From NCBI RefSeq assembly GCF_000148385.1, contig NC_014537.1, positions 690,001 to 722,000 of the forward strand: a DNA stretch of 32,000 bases, written 5' to 3'. How positions within the stretch are numbered: position 1 is the first letter of the stretch; each line of letters opens with the position of its first letter. The position numbers and the translations under genes are program-made. The notes beneath the pieces were generated by a model, which saw nothing but the letters and a program-made list of their open reading frames with translations, ran no database searches and was not told the origin of the DNA. Positions 16,192 to 24,731 of the stretch are shown here, in pieces. The stretch is from Vulcanisaeta distributa DSM 14429 (GTDB taxonomy: Archaea; Thermoproteota; Thermoprotei; Thermoproteales; Thermocladiaceae).

Positions 16192-16422
16192 GGCCGGCTG
16201 TGTACCCAGCCACGGCATAACTCCCCTTCTGTACTATTCGTCTAAGGCCCTACCCGGACCTCACCCGTGGAGATCACAGGTCCCTATTTGGGCCGTTGTT
16301 CCCCAGCGACCTCTCGGTCGGCGGGTTGCCCCGCGGGGACCCACGGTGTCGTGGGGAAGTTTCCTCAGGCGAGCCGTTGCCGGGCTCGCCCGGTTGTTCG
16401 CCGTGGCTGGACACACAGCCGC
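16192..16422 (-). ncRNA. rnpB: RNase P RNA, short form (apparently reduced S-domain, Thermoproteaceae type-T-like)
   Basis: A GC-rich island in AT-rich DNA. On the minus strand, a roughly 21-bp terminal helix (GGCUGUGUGUCCAGCCACGGC / GCCGUGGCUGGGUACACAGCC). P3-like hairpin GGCGAGCC-N7-GGCUCGCC. CR-I-like GAGGAAACUUCCCC (plus 16353-16366). CR-V-like ACAGAAGGGGAGUUAU (plus 16217-16232). Together these form P4 (AACUUCCCC/GGGGAGUU) with a single bulged U. There is also a GNRA hairpin, CGACC-GAGA-GGUCG. The three overlapping ORFs here are Arg/Pro/Gly-rich artefacts. Confidence 0.75.
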
Positions 16423-16442
16423 AGTTATTTAACTGGCTTAGA

Positions 16443-16452
16443 CTTGATAAAG
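16443..16452 (-). promoter_or_regulatory. TATA-box candidate (CTTTATCAAG on the minus strand) for RNase P RNA
   Basis: Centred about 26 nt upstream of the first nucleotide of the terminal helix (about 16422). Confidence 0.3.
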
Positions 16453-16525
16453 CTTATTCCGTGCATTGGGTTTTATTTTTCATGTGCTGAAATCTTATTA
16501 AACCCTTAATGCCAGTTCGATTTGA

Positions 16526-17770
16526 ATGAGTAAATATATATACCCAAATGCCATCATTGCGACTGCCGGCCACGTGGATCACGGCAAAACGACGCTGGTT
16601 CATGCACTTAGTGGTGTTTGGGTTGCTAGGTATAGTGAGGAGATTAAGAGAGCTATGACTGTTAAGCTCGGTTACATAACAATTGGCCTTTACGAGTGCC
16701 CATCGATGGAGGGTGAGTTTAGGATAGTGAGTGATGGCTTGCTTAAGGATGGCAAGTGCCCCAATGGCGATGACCCCGTATTAAGGAGGAAGGTCTCAAT
16801 ACTCGATGTTCCTGGTCATGAAGTATTAATAAGCACGATGATATCAGGCATATCCTACATTGATGCTGCCTTACTCGTGATCGACGCCTCCATGTCCGTT
16901 CCCCAACCACAGACTGAGGAGCATTTCACCGCATTGACGATAATGGGCCTGAACAAGTTAATAGTTGTTCAGAATAAGCTTGACCTAGTGAATAAGGAGC
17001 AGGCCCTTGAGAATTATAAGCAGATTAAGCAATTCCTTAGCAATACCTGGGCCAGGAACTCACCGATAATACCCGTATCATCACTACATAAGGTCAATAT
17101 TGAGGCAGTGTCAACACTAATTGATAAGTTAGTACCGCCTAAGGAAACCTCTGGTGGTAACTTTAGGATGCTCGTTCTAAGGAGCTTCAACGTCAATAGA
17201 CCGGGCACCCCACCGGACAAGTTAGTCGGTGGTGTGCTTGGCGGCACCGTTATTAGGGGCTCGGCAAAGGTTGGTGATGAGATTGAGATAAGGCCAGGGC
17301 TTAAGCTGGGTAATAAGTATGAGCCGATAGTAACGAAGATAGTTAGTATAGCCATTGGTAATGAGCATATCGAGGAGGCAAGACCAGGTGGTTTGGTTGG
17401 TATTGGTACTGAACTTGACCCAGCGTTAACGAAGGCCGATTCCCTCGTTGGTAGTGTTGTTGGTAAGCCAGGCACATTACCACCCGTGTGGAGTGAATTA
17501 ACCCTTGAGTTCCATAGGATTGAGAGGCCTGGTGATCAATCATTGAAGGAGGTTACTTTCAAGCCGAAGGATGTGATCATGGTTCACGTGGGTTCAGCGG
17601 CCGTGATGGGCATTGTTAAGGGGTTCCATGGCGATAAACTCGATGTAATACTCAGGAAGGCCGTGTCGGCCGAGGAGAATTCCAAGGCTGTGATTACAAA
17701 GCAGGTGAATAATAGGTGGAGGATTGTTGGTTACGGAATCCTGAAGGGCGGTAATGCGGTTCTCGAGTGA
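16526..17770 (+). CDS. eif2g: Translation initiation factor aIF2 gamma subunit
   Basis: 414 aa. G1 AGHVDHGKTTL, DVPGHE, NKLD, and domains II/III typical of aIF2-gamma/eIF2-gamma. Confidence 0.95.
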   Translation: MSKYIYPNAIIATAGHVDHGKTTLVHALSGVWVARYSEEIKRAMTVKLGYITIGLYECPSMEGEFRIVSDGLLKDGKCPNGDDPVLRRKVSILDVPGHEVLISTMISGISYIDAALLVIDASMSVPQPQTEEHFTALTIMGLNKLIVVQNKLDLVNKEQALENYKQIKQFLSNTWARNSPIIPVSSLHKVNIEAVSTLIDKLVPPKETSGGNFRMLVLRSFNVNRPGTPPDKLVGGVLGGTVIRGSAKVGDEIEIRPGLKLGNKYEPIVTKIVSIAIGNEHIEEARPGGLVGIGTELDPALTKADSLVGSVVGKPGTLPPVWSELTLEFHRIERPGDQSLKEVTFKPKDVIMVHVGSAAVMGIVKGFHGDKLDVILRKAVSAEENSKAVITKQVNNRWRIVGYGILKGGNAVLE

Positions 17771-18179
17771 AGTGATGAGGGACATGAAGATAGAGTGCGT
17801 GGTATTTGACACAAGTGCAATACTACTGATGTTTACCGAGGGCCTGCGCGTCATTGATCAGGTAATTGAACTTGTTAATTCACCAATAATACCCATAATC
17901 CCACACCCAATACTCAATGAATTAATTAAGTTGAGCATGTTAGGCAGGCCTGGGATATCCAAGGCGTCAAGTAATGCCGTCAATTACGTCATTAGTAACT
18001 TCTCGATAGCCAATGCCGTAGGCTCACCTGACGATTCCGTGGTAGAGGTATCCAGTAAGTATGGTTGTGTTGCCGTGACCTGCGATATGAAGCTATTAAG
18101 GAGGTTAAGGCGTATGTACGTTAGGACTATATATCTAAGGGCCAGCGCAGGTAAACTTGAAGCTGATTTTGACTTTTAA
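17754..18179 (+). CDS. PIN-domain nuclease, Fcf1/Utp24-like (COG1412 type often linked to eif2g in archaea)
   Basis: VVFDTSAILLMF (N-terminal acidic PIN residue), ILNELIKL, SPDDSVVEV and VTCDMKLLRRL motifs. The ATG at 17754 overlaps the eif2g stop. In-frame ATGs at 17775 and 17784 are equally plausible starts. Confidence 0.7.
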   Translation: MRFSSEVMRDMKIECVVFDTSAILLMFTEGLRVIDQVIELVNSPIIPIIPHPILNELIKLSMLGRPGISKASSNAVNYVISNFSIANAVGSPDDSVVEVSSKYGCVAVTCDMKLLRRLRRMYVRTIYLRASAGKLEADFDF

Positions 18180-18220
18180 GAAATTCATTAATTTAAGAGG
18201 CAAATTTACATTTTAAATTT

Positions 18221-19675
18221 TTAATAAGATGAGTCCTCCTTATTCCTATTTATTGTATTGATTACTGAAACAACAACGCCAGCAGCCATCCTCTCCGCAT
18301 CACCCTGCGTTGCAAAGGCAAACTCGTCATATGCAACCTCGCCATGCATCTCCTTATCACCAATCCTCAAAGCCTCTAATGGCGCCTTTAATGGCGTTAT
18401 CTTACTTATTAACTTCAGAATTAAGTATGTCATTAAGGCGTCGTAGGCTATCACCACGACGACGCCCAGTAATTGTAGTACTACCTGGAATGGATTACCG
18501 TAAAGCGCGCCCCTAAGGCCTGGAGCAACATACTTAGTAATGTTTGGATCCGCAAACACCCCAGTGAGGATACCGCCGATTATACCCGGAACCGCGTGGT
18601 CTGAGAAAACACCAAGCGCATCATCTATATGCCTCGTCAACCTAGACCTGAATTGGAACATATTCAGTGAGTACCACGCAGCGGCACTCGACACGGCACC
18701 AATTATCATTGCGCCAATACCATTTACGTAACCCGCGGCTGGCGTTATACCGACAAGACCCGCCACCGCGCCGGACACGGCACCCGTAAACGTGGGTCTC
18801 TCAAAATAAGCCATATCAAGTATCATCCATACCACGACCGCGATTGCCGTGGCCAAGTTTGTGTTTATCACGGCTACTGCAGCGTCTATTGTCGACCCAT
18901 AGGGATCACCACCGTTGAAGCCATTCCAACCAAGCCAGACAAGACCGAGACCAGCCGCGACCTGGGTTAAGTTATGCGGTTGTAACTTCCTCTCCTCAAC
19001 CAACCTCTCACCAACCATCGCTGCTGCTACGAAGGCTGCTATACCCGCATCAACATGTATTACGTAACCACCCGAGAAATCCGCAACACCAAGTTGCATG
19101 AGCCAGCCACCGCCCCAAAGCCAAAAGGCCACTGGGCTGTAAACGAGGAGGGACCAGAGTGGTACGAAGAGCATCCAGGCCTTAAAGTTCATCCTCTCTA
19201 TTAAGGCACCAACTATTAATGCTGGTGTTATTGCGGCGAAGACGAATTGGAAGAATATCAGTGTCGACATGGCTATGTTCGGATACTGCTGCGCAGCAGG
19301 TACGCTGGCCTGCGATGCAATAATGTTACTTGTTAATGCCGGTATTGGCGTACCCAGTATGTTAAAGCCGTTTATCCTCACCAATGCGGGTCCAAACGCG
19401 AACATGTAGCCCGCCAACACCCAAACGACTAGTACTATGGCGAAGGCGTAGAGCACCATCATCATTGTATTTATTGCATACTTACGCTTAGTCATGCCGC
19501 CATAAAGGAGCATTAAGCCGGGTACGCTTTGAAGACCCACGAGGGTAGCCGCTGTGAGCATCCACGCATTACTACCTGTGTCTAGCCATGGAGGTACAGA
19601 GTCCGGTGGATACCCGGATAGGTTTGGTGGTGTATCGGCTCTGGCGGTTATTGCCGTTATTACAACGGCCATCAT
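18221..19675 (-). CDS. amt: Ammonium transporter (Amt family)
   Basis: 484 aa with 11 TM helices. Amt signature blocks [26 protein letters not shown] and [19 protein letters not shown]. About 70 aa of C-terminal soluble tail. Confidence 0.9.
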   Translation of the reverse strand: MMAVVITAITARADTPPNLSGYPPDSVPPWLDTGSNAWMLTAATLVGLQSVPGLMLLYGGMTKRKYAINTMMMVLYAFAIVLVVWVLAGYMFAFGPALVRINGFNILGTPIPALTSNIIASQASVPAAQQYPNIAMSTLIFFQFVFAAITPALIVGALIERMNFKAWMLFVPLWSLLVYSPVAFWLWGGGWLMQLGVADFSGGYVIHVDAGIAAFVAAAMVGERLVEERKLQPHNLTQVAAGLGLVWLGWNGFNGGDPYGSTIDAAVAVINTNLATAIAVVVWMILDMAYFERPTFTGAVSGAVAGLVGITPAAGYVNGIGAMIIGAVSSAAAWYSLNMFQFRSRLTRHIDDALGVFSDHAVPGIIGGILTGVFADPNITKYVAPGLRGALYGNPFQVVLQLLGVVVVIAYDALMTYLILKLISKITPLKAPLEALRIGDKEMHGEVAYDEFAFATQGDAERMAAGVVVSVINTINRNKEDSSY

Positions 19676-19881
19676 GAGAACTGGTATTACCCTGGCAAGT
19701 ATTACTGTCCTATTTACCTTATTTACCGTTTTAATGGGTCACCGGGCACAAAATATTTAAACTAATTAGTTTTTAAATTTTTCTCCATATGATATTTATA
19801 TTATCGTCATAAAAATATTGAAGCATGGAATAAAAGATTTGGTGTATATTTTTATCTTTAAATTTATATAAATTATATATT

Positions 19882-21210
19882 TCACGCAGTAACCAAGTAC
19901 TTATTGTACTCCCACTGGGTTATTATATTCCAGGTCTTCTCCCAGGGACCAACATTTGTTAGGTAGTCCTCCCACTCATTCTGCTTTATCTTGATGTACG
20001 CATTGACTAACTCACTGGGTAGTTCTGTGGCTAGGAAGCTCTTTGAAAGCTCCTTCAGCGTATCCTCAAGAGTTGCCGGTGTTTCTAAGGCATTGGCTAG
20101 CTCATAGGCGACCTCCTCAGTTGGTGGTGGTGGTTCTTTCTTTTCCTCGAGACCCCTGATCATGGTCTTTATTATTGCTGTGAAGGCTAGGTATGGGTTC
20201 ATGCTTGGGTCTGGGTGCCTATACTCAATCCTGTTAATCCTCATCTTATACTGCGGTATCCTAATCATGGCACTCCTATTTGCGTAGCCCCACACAATCC
20301 TCGTTGGAGCCTCGTAGTGAGGCACCAACCTCTTGTATGAGTTAACTAGTGGCGCAACGAAGCTACTTAATGCCCTTGCATTACTCAGTATTGCGCTTAT
20401 TGCGTAGCCACATTCCTCAGTTATCTTACCAGTACTGCTCTGGAATAGGTTCTTACCGTCCTTCCAGACGCTGATGTGCGTGTGCGCACCACTACCGTTA
20501 ACTCCCCAGAAGGGCTTGGGCATGAACGTAGCCACTAAGCCGTACTTCCTCGCGATGTCCTTAGCCATTATCTTAAAGTACACGATCTGATCAGCAAGCC
20601 TGAGTGGGTCCGTAGCTCCTATGTTTACTTCATACTGGCTCGGCGCAACCTCATGGTGAGTCTTTGTATAGTTAATGCCCGCATCGGCTATTGCCGTTAT
20701 TAACTCCTTCATGAACTGCGACTGAACGGTTACGTTCCAACCATCGAAGTAAATACCTGGGTCCGCAAACACAGGCTTACCGCCGTCCTCCTTAATCACG
20801 AAGAACTCAACCTCAACACCCATTAAGAACTCGTAACCCTTCGACCTAGCCTGCTCCAGCGCATCATTAAGTACCCTCCTTGGGTCAAGAGGTGATGGCT
20901 TATCGGCTATGTCGGACACCATCGTAAATACATCGGCCACCTTACCATCCTGCCAATACTCAACGTATACGGCCCTTGGGTCTACATATGCCACGAAGTC
21001 GCTCTTATTTACTGTTGAGTATGATGGTATTGATGAGGCATCGAAGGGCATCCCATCAATGAAGAGGTCCTTAGCCATGTCTATTGGTACTATTTCAGAC
21101 CTTGGTGCGCCATTGATATCAACTATTATGAACTTAACATACTTTATGCCCGAGGCCTTTAGGATTCTCCATAGGTCTGCCGGTTCGATTTCCAGATTTC
21201 TGGTTGGCAC
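19882..21210 (-). CDS. glnA: Glutamine synthetase, type I
   Basis: 442 aa. Beta-grasp N-domain (VKFIIVDINGAPRSE), GVEVEFF, KPFWGVNGSGAHTHISVW and NSYKRLVPHYEAP blocks. GTG start. Confidence 0.95.
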   Translation of the reverse strand: MPTRNLEIEPADLWRILKASGIKYVKFIIVDINGAPRSEIVPIDMAKDLFIDGMPFDASSIPSYSTVNKSDFVAYVDPRAVYVEYWQDGKVADVFTMVSDIADKPSPLDPRRVLNDALEQARSKGYEFLMGVEVEFFVIKEDGGKPVFADPGIYFDGWNVTVQSQFMKELITAIADAGINYTKTHHEVAPSQYEVNIGATDPLRLADQIVYFKIMAKDIARKYGLVATFMPKPFWGVNGSGAHTHISVWKDGKNLFQSSTGKITEECGYAISAILSNARALSSFVAPLVNSYKRLVPHYEAPTRIVWGYANRSAMIRIPQYKMRINRIEYRHPDPSMNPYLAFTAIIKTMIRGLEEKKEPPPPTEEVAYELANALETPATLEDTLKELSKSFLATELPSELVNAYIKIKQNEWEDYLTNVGPWEKTWNIITQWEYNKYLVTA

Positions 21211-21396
21211 GAATAATGTGCAAAAGGAGGTTTTTAAGCTTTATTCTTATTATACTTAGTTTTCTCGTAATCATATATAGAATTAGACATTAATATATAT
21301 ATTAATTTATAATGTTGACACATAAATTATAGAGGTTATGGTTAATTCATAGTCCGTAGAAGACATTCAACGTGCGTGTTGTGATCGTACGCATTA

Positions 21397-21963
21397 ATGG
21401 AAACAAAAGGTTTTATTAATGGGTTTCCCTCAGTTGTCGTTGATATGATGCAGATTAAGCTTGGTTTTGAGGAGTGGCGTAAATTGGGTAAGGAGATTGA
21501 GAGGATTGCTCAGAATGAGGAGCTTGAGTTGATTATTAGCATGACCTTTGGTTTTACGGGTATTGAAAGCGAGGAGAACGAGGAGGATGAGGAGATCGAG
21601 GAGGAGCATGAGCATCATCACCATCATATAACGGAATTACCTAAGGAGGTTATTGAGGAATTGAATGATTTCATGGATATACTAAAAACCAAGTATAATG
21701 CTAAGATTGACCATCACGTGCATGGAGACCACGCAGGCGTCGTGGTTTCAATAATAACAAACGGTAAAGATGCTATTAACGTGTTTAGGAATATAATCGA
21801 TGATGCCAAGAACTGCGAGAATTGCGTATTGGCTGGAATTGATGGGGAGTTTCACCTCGGTAATGACGTTAGTGTAATCTTCTTCGGTGACAGTTATAAG
21901 TTAACATTCATATTGCCTGCCCAGGATGGTAGGCGATTAATAATTAGTGAGGTAAATACTTAA
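21397..21963 (+). CDS. Hypothetical protein with an acidic, His-rich linker (possible metal-binding)
   Basis: 188 aa. ESEENEEDEEIEEEHEHHHHH, then DHHVHGDH and a CENC pair. I recognise no family. Its stop overlaps the convergent thioredoxin gene's stop (TTAA at 21960-21963). Confidence 0.5.
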   Translation: METKGFINGFPSVVVDMMQIKLGFEEWRKLGKEIERIAQNEELELIISMTFGFTGIESEENEEDEEIEEEHEHHHHHITELPKEVIEELNDFMDILKTKYNAKIDHHVHGDHAGVVVSIITNGKDAINVFRNIIDDAKNCENCVLAGIDGEFHLGNDVSVIFFGDSYKLTFILPAQDGRRLIISEVNT

Positions 21964-22382
21964 GGTTTAACTCCTAGGTAAATCTCGATATACCTCCTCA
22001 TTGTGTTATAATCAACGGCACCAATCACCCTATAAACCTCTTCACCATTCCTGAATAGTATCGTGGTCGGTATTGACATAACACCATACTCAGCGGCAAT
22101 CCCTGGGTATGCATCAACATCGATACGCCCAAAGAATACCTTACCCGCAAATACCTGGGCTAACTTATTGAGTATTGGCTCCATTATCTTACAGGGTATG
22201 CACCAATCGGCATAGAAATCAATCACGGAGGCCGAGCACTCCTTGATCGAAGCGGCGAAGCTATTGCCACTAAGCACCACAATGCCGTTGGGGCACATGG
22301 GCCTACTTACTGATGACTCCCTGAGGCGCGTCATTATCATCTTTCTATAGACTTTCTCAATTAACTCCCTCTCCTCACCCAT
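21960..22382 (-). CDS. trxA: Thioredoxin
   Basis: Active site DWCIPCK (WCxPC) and thioredoxin fold blocks (VMSIPTTILFRNGE). The ORF track begins at a TTG (22394). The ATG at 22380-22382 (MGEERE...) is the more likely start. Confidence 0.85.
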   Translation of the reverse strand: MGEERELIEKVYRKMIMTRLRESSVSRPMCPNGIVVLSGNSFAASIKECSASVIDFYADWCIPCKIMEPILNKLAQVFAGKVFFGRIDVDAYPGIAAEYGVMSIPTTILFRNGEEVYRVIGAVDYNTMRRYIEIYLGVKP

Positions 22383-22442
22383 CCCAGGACGCAAAATACT
22401 AGACCTTTAAAAGCCATTAGTGCCTGTTCGCGCACGAGTAAA

Positions 22443-23318
22443 CTAACCCATTACATCCACGCCATACACCCTATTAATATTGTCGACACAAATCGTTTGC
22501 AGGAACTCCTCATTTATGAAACCATTAAATAAGTAAGTCTTTAACTTCTTGGCTAGGGTCCACGGTGGTATCACGGCGCCCGGTCTCTTAGGATCATCTA
22601 TGAAGTCGCTCTCAACAACGAACCTTGGGCCGTACTTAACAGCCTCCTCAAATTCGCCCCTCCTCCCCATGGGTATTGACGGCATTACACCATTACCGCT
22701 GGCCATGTCAATCGTAATGGGCTCAGTATGATGCATCACAACACTATACGGTCTATTACCCACCCTCCTAACCATGCCTATAATTGATGATGCCGTATTA
22801 ATGCCATTCCTCTCCAGGTGCAGGTGCACGACGGCATTGACATCCCTGGCGACACCTAATGCGTATTCCAGTAATTCATTAAAGAGGTCAATAATGTCGC
22901 CAGGCACATCCCAATGGGGCCTACCAATCTCACCGATACCCACTGCCCTGCCCTCCCTAACATACTCGGCGGCTAAGTCAATCCCCTTCCTCATGAAGTT
23001 GAGAACCTCCTCCTTAGACCAACCCCTTCTGAGTAATTCATAACCCTCAGCTGGGTGTAGGCCAACAACGGCCACGGACCTAACACCCTCCTCATTAACT
23101 ATCCTGGTGGATTCCACGGTTATGTCATACATCCTCCTAACACTGTTAAGATCACCAGGCGTTAAACCAAGGCTCCAGGTAAGTAGGGCAACTATCACTA
23201 TGAATCTACCACCTTCCCTCCTAAACCTCCTTGCTAACTCCCTGGGGCCCATACCGATTATGGGGTTCGTATGCGCGTGGTTATCGCAGAGTGGTAATTC
23301 CCTGCCCTGCACTGTCAT
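22443..23318 (-). CDS. TatD-related metal-dependent hydrolase (TIM-barrel, COG1099-like)
   Basis: 291 aa. N-terminal metal-binding motif DNHAHTNP, further His/Glu/Asp ligand positions (GIGEIGRPH, VVHLHLE, MHHTE, ESD). Confidence 0.7.
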   Translation of the reverse strand: MTVQGRELPLCDNHAHTNPIIGMGPRELARRFRREGGRFIVIVALLTWSLGLTPGDLNSVRRMYDITVESTRIVNEEGVRSVAVVGLHPAEGYELLRRGWSKEEVLNFMRKGIDLAAEYVREGRAVGIGEIGRPHWDVPGDIIDLFNELLEYALGVARDVNAVVHLHLERNGINTASSIIGMVRRVGNRPYSVVMHHTEPITIDMASGNGVMPSIPMGRRGEFEEAVKYGPRFVVESDFIDDPKRPGAVIPPWTLAKKLKTYLFNGFINEEFLQTICVDNINRVYGVDVMG

Positions 23319-23558
23319 GTGGGTTCATGTTTTTATTAGGACCTTAATTAATAATCCCTTCAGGTGATACTTGGCAATCAATTACTGAGTGCCCTGAGGG
23401 ACCTTAACATTCATAGGCTGTGCATACCCCGTAGGCTCAGGTGTAATTATTATCTGCCGCAGTGCATTGCCGTGAACCTGCTGTTGGGTAGGTACGTACT
23501 GTGCTTAGGTGGTTTTGGTGATCGTATTATTTCAAGGTTCGACAACCTTGAGGTAATT

Positions 23559-24431
23559 ATGTCATCCTCAATGGGCTCAATACCATGTGACGCATATTTG
23601 GCTAAGCCTAACAATTGCTTGGTATCGCTGGTTCCCTTCATTGACGTACCTAAGAAGCCACGCTTTATAATTGATCTATCCCTCTGGAGTAGTCATACTA
23701 GGTCTGAGAAGAACGAGCTTATTGAGCAGGTCTTAGCGTCTATAGGCACAATTAGGAGGTATCTTTGGGATTCAAACCTTGAGTTAACGAGTGTGACGGA
23801 GGAGTTCCTCGAGGGGTTTAATAAATTTGCCAGGGGGTTTAAGTATGGCGTAATTATTAAGCGGGATGGGCCGATTATTGATGATGGTGCCGTGATGCTT
23901 GATCCAGAGGGTGATTGTGTCCTTAATGAGGAGTTGATCAGGAATACGCATACATTCATTATTGGGGGTATTGTTGATAAGGAGAGGAGGGTTAAGGGCG
24001 AGACGGCTAGGTTGTACGGACTGTTGGGGCTTAACGTACCCAGGTGTAGGATTGAGCTTAGGGGCTCAATTATTGGTGTCCCTGATAGGATTAATAAGGT
24101 GATTGAGATAATATTAATGACGCTCTTCGAAACGGGAAATATCGAGGAGGCAATCATTAAGGCTATGTCCAAGAGGGATAGGGTGAATAGGCTATTTTAT
24201 GAACTTCAGAGGGCGGCATATAGATTGCGTGGGGAGGGTAGTACCACGCTTGTGGTACCGAAATCCATGATAGGCAGGATTAATTGGGTTAACGCAAGCA
24301 ATAAGGAGCTGGAGCTGGTGTTGAGGAAGTCCCGCGTTAGCGTTATTGATGATGAGGAATTGAGCAAGTACTTATCCCTCGGTATTGCGAGACCAGGTCC
24401 CTTAACGTATAGGTACGTAAGTAAAGCATAA
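23559..24431 (+). CDS. trm10: tRNA (purine-9 N1) methyltransferase Trm10 (SPOUT family)
   Basis: The block TFIIGGIVDKERRVKGETARL...GVPDRINKVIEIIL matches the Trm10 core (IGGIVDKNR in yeast Trm10). The ORF track starts at GTG 23364, but its first 65 aa are Cys/Leu-rich and not protein-like. The ATG at 23559 gives 290 aa and is preceded by GAGGT. Confidence 0.7.
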   Translation: MSSSMGSIPCDAYLAKPNNCLVSLVPFIDVPKKPRFIIDLSLWSSHTRSEKNELIEQVLASIGTIRRYLWDSNLELTSVTEEFLEGFNKFARGFKYGVIIKRDGPIIDDGAVMLDPEGDCVLNEELIRNTHTFIIGGIVDKERRVKGETARLYGLLGLNVPRCRIELRGSIIGVPDRINKVIEIILMTLFETGNIEEAIIKAMSKRDRVNRLFYELQRAAYRLRGEGSTTLVVPKSMIGRINWVNASNKELELVLRKSRVSVIDDEELSKYLSLGIARPGPLTYRYVSKA

Positions 24432-24459
24432 AAACTCATAGGTGTTTTGACGAACGATT

Positions 24460-24726
24460 ATGCCAAGGCCTGCATTAAGGTCTAGGAAATTGAGGAGGAC
24501 GCAGACCAGGACGCCGGGTGGTAGGCACGTGGTTCACTACGAGAAGAGATTCGCCTCTAAACCCAGGTGTGCCATCTGTGGTAGGCCACTCCAGGGCATT
24601 GATGAGGCTAGGGTTAAGACCAAGCATGTTGCCGGCTTAACCGTTTCGAGGCCTTACGGCGGCTATGTCTGCCACAGGTGCCTCGCCCTTGCCCTTAGGA
24701 TGGCTGTACGATTATCAGCAACGTGA
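24460..24726 (+). CDS. rpl34e: Ribosomal protein L34e (eL34)
   Basis: 88 aa, starting MPRPALRSRKLRRTQTRTPGG, with a CxxC...CxxC zinc ribbon (CAICG, CHRC). Confidence 0.9.
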   Translation: MPRPALRSRKLRRTQTRTPGGRHVVHYEKRFASKPRCAICGRPLQGIDEARVKTKHVAGLTVSRPYGGYVCHRCLALALRMAVRLSAT

Positions 24727-24731
24727 TTTAA

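Noticed and set aside
16192-16422. Alternative reading of the GC-rich structured RNA as SRP (7S) RNA
   Set aside because: Neither strand shows the helix-8 signature (GNAR tetraloop flanked by the AGCA / GGAGCA-type symmetric loop) or an Alu-domain 5' motif. The minus strand does have CR-I/CR-V and P4 with a bulged U. At about 231 nt it is also short for an archaeal SRP RNA (about 300 nt).
16190-16509. Three overlapping plus-strand ORFs (80, 80 and 64 aa) in the GC-rich island
   Set aside because: They overlap one another in different frames. They are Arg/Pro/Gly/Cys-rich with no protein-like pattern. They coincide with a region that folds as RNase P RNA on the opposite strand, so they are GC-driven artefacts.
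21176-21200. T-loop-like GGTTCGATTTCC suggesting a tRNA
   Set aside because: It lies inside the glnA 5' coding region. The flanking bases cannot form a T-stem, and no acceptor or anticodon arms are present.
23339-23407. 9-bp direct repeat GGACCTTAA, two copies 60 bp apart, in the tatD/trm10 spacer
   Set aside because: A single 9-mer repeat within 240 bp has roughly a 10% chance expectation. No further copies or symmetry were seen.
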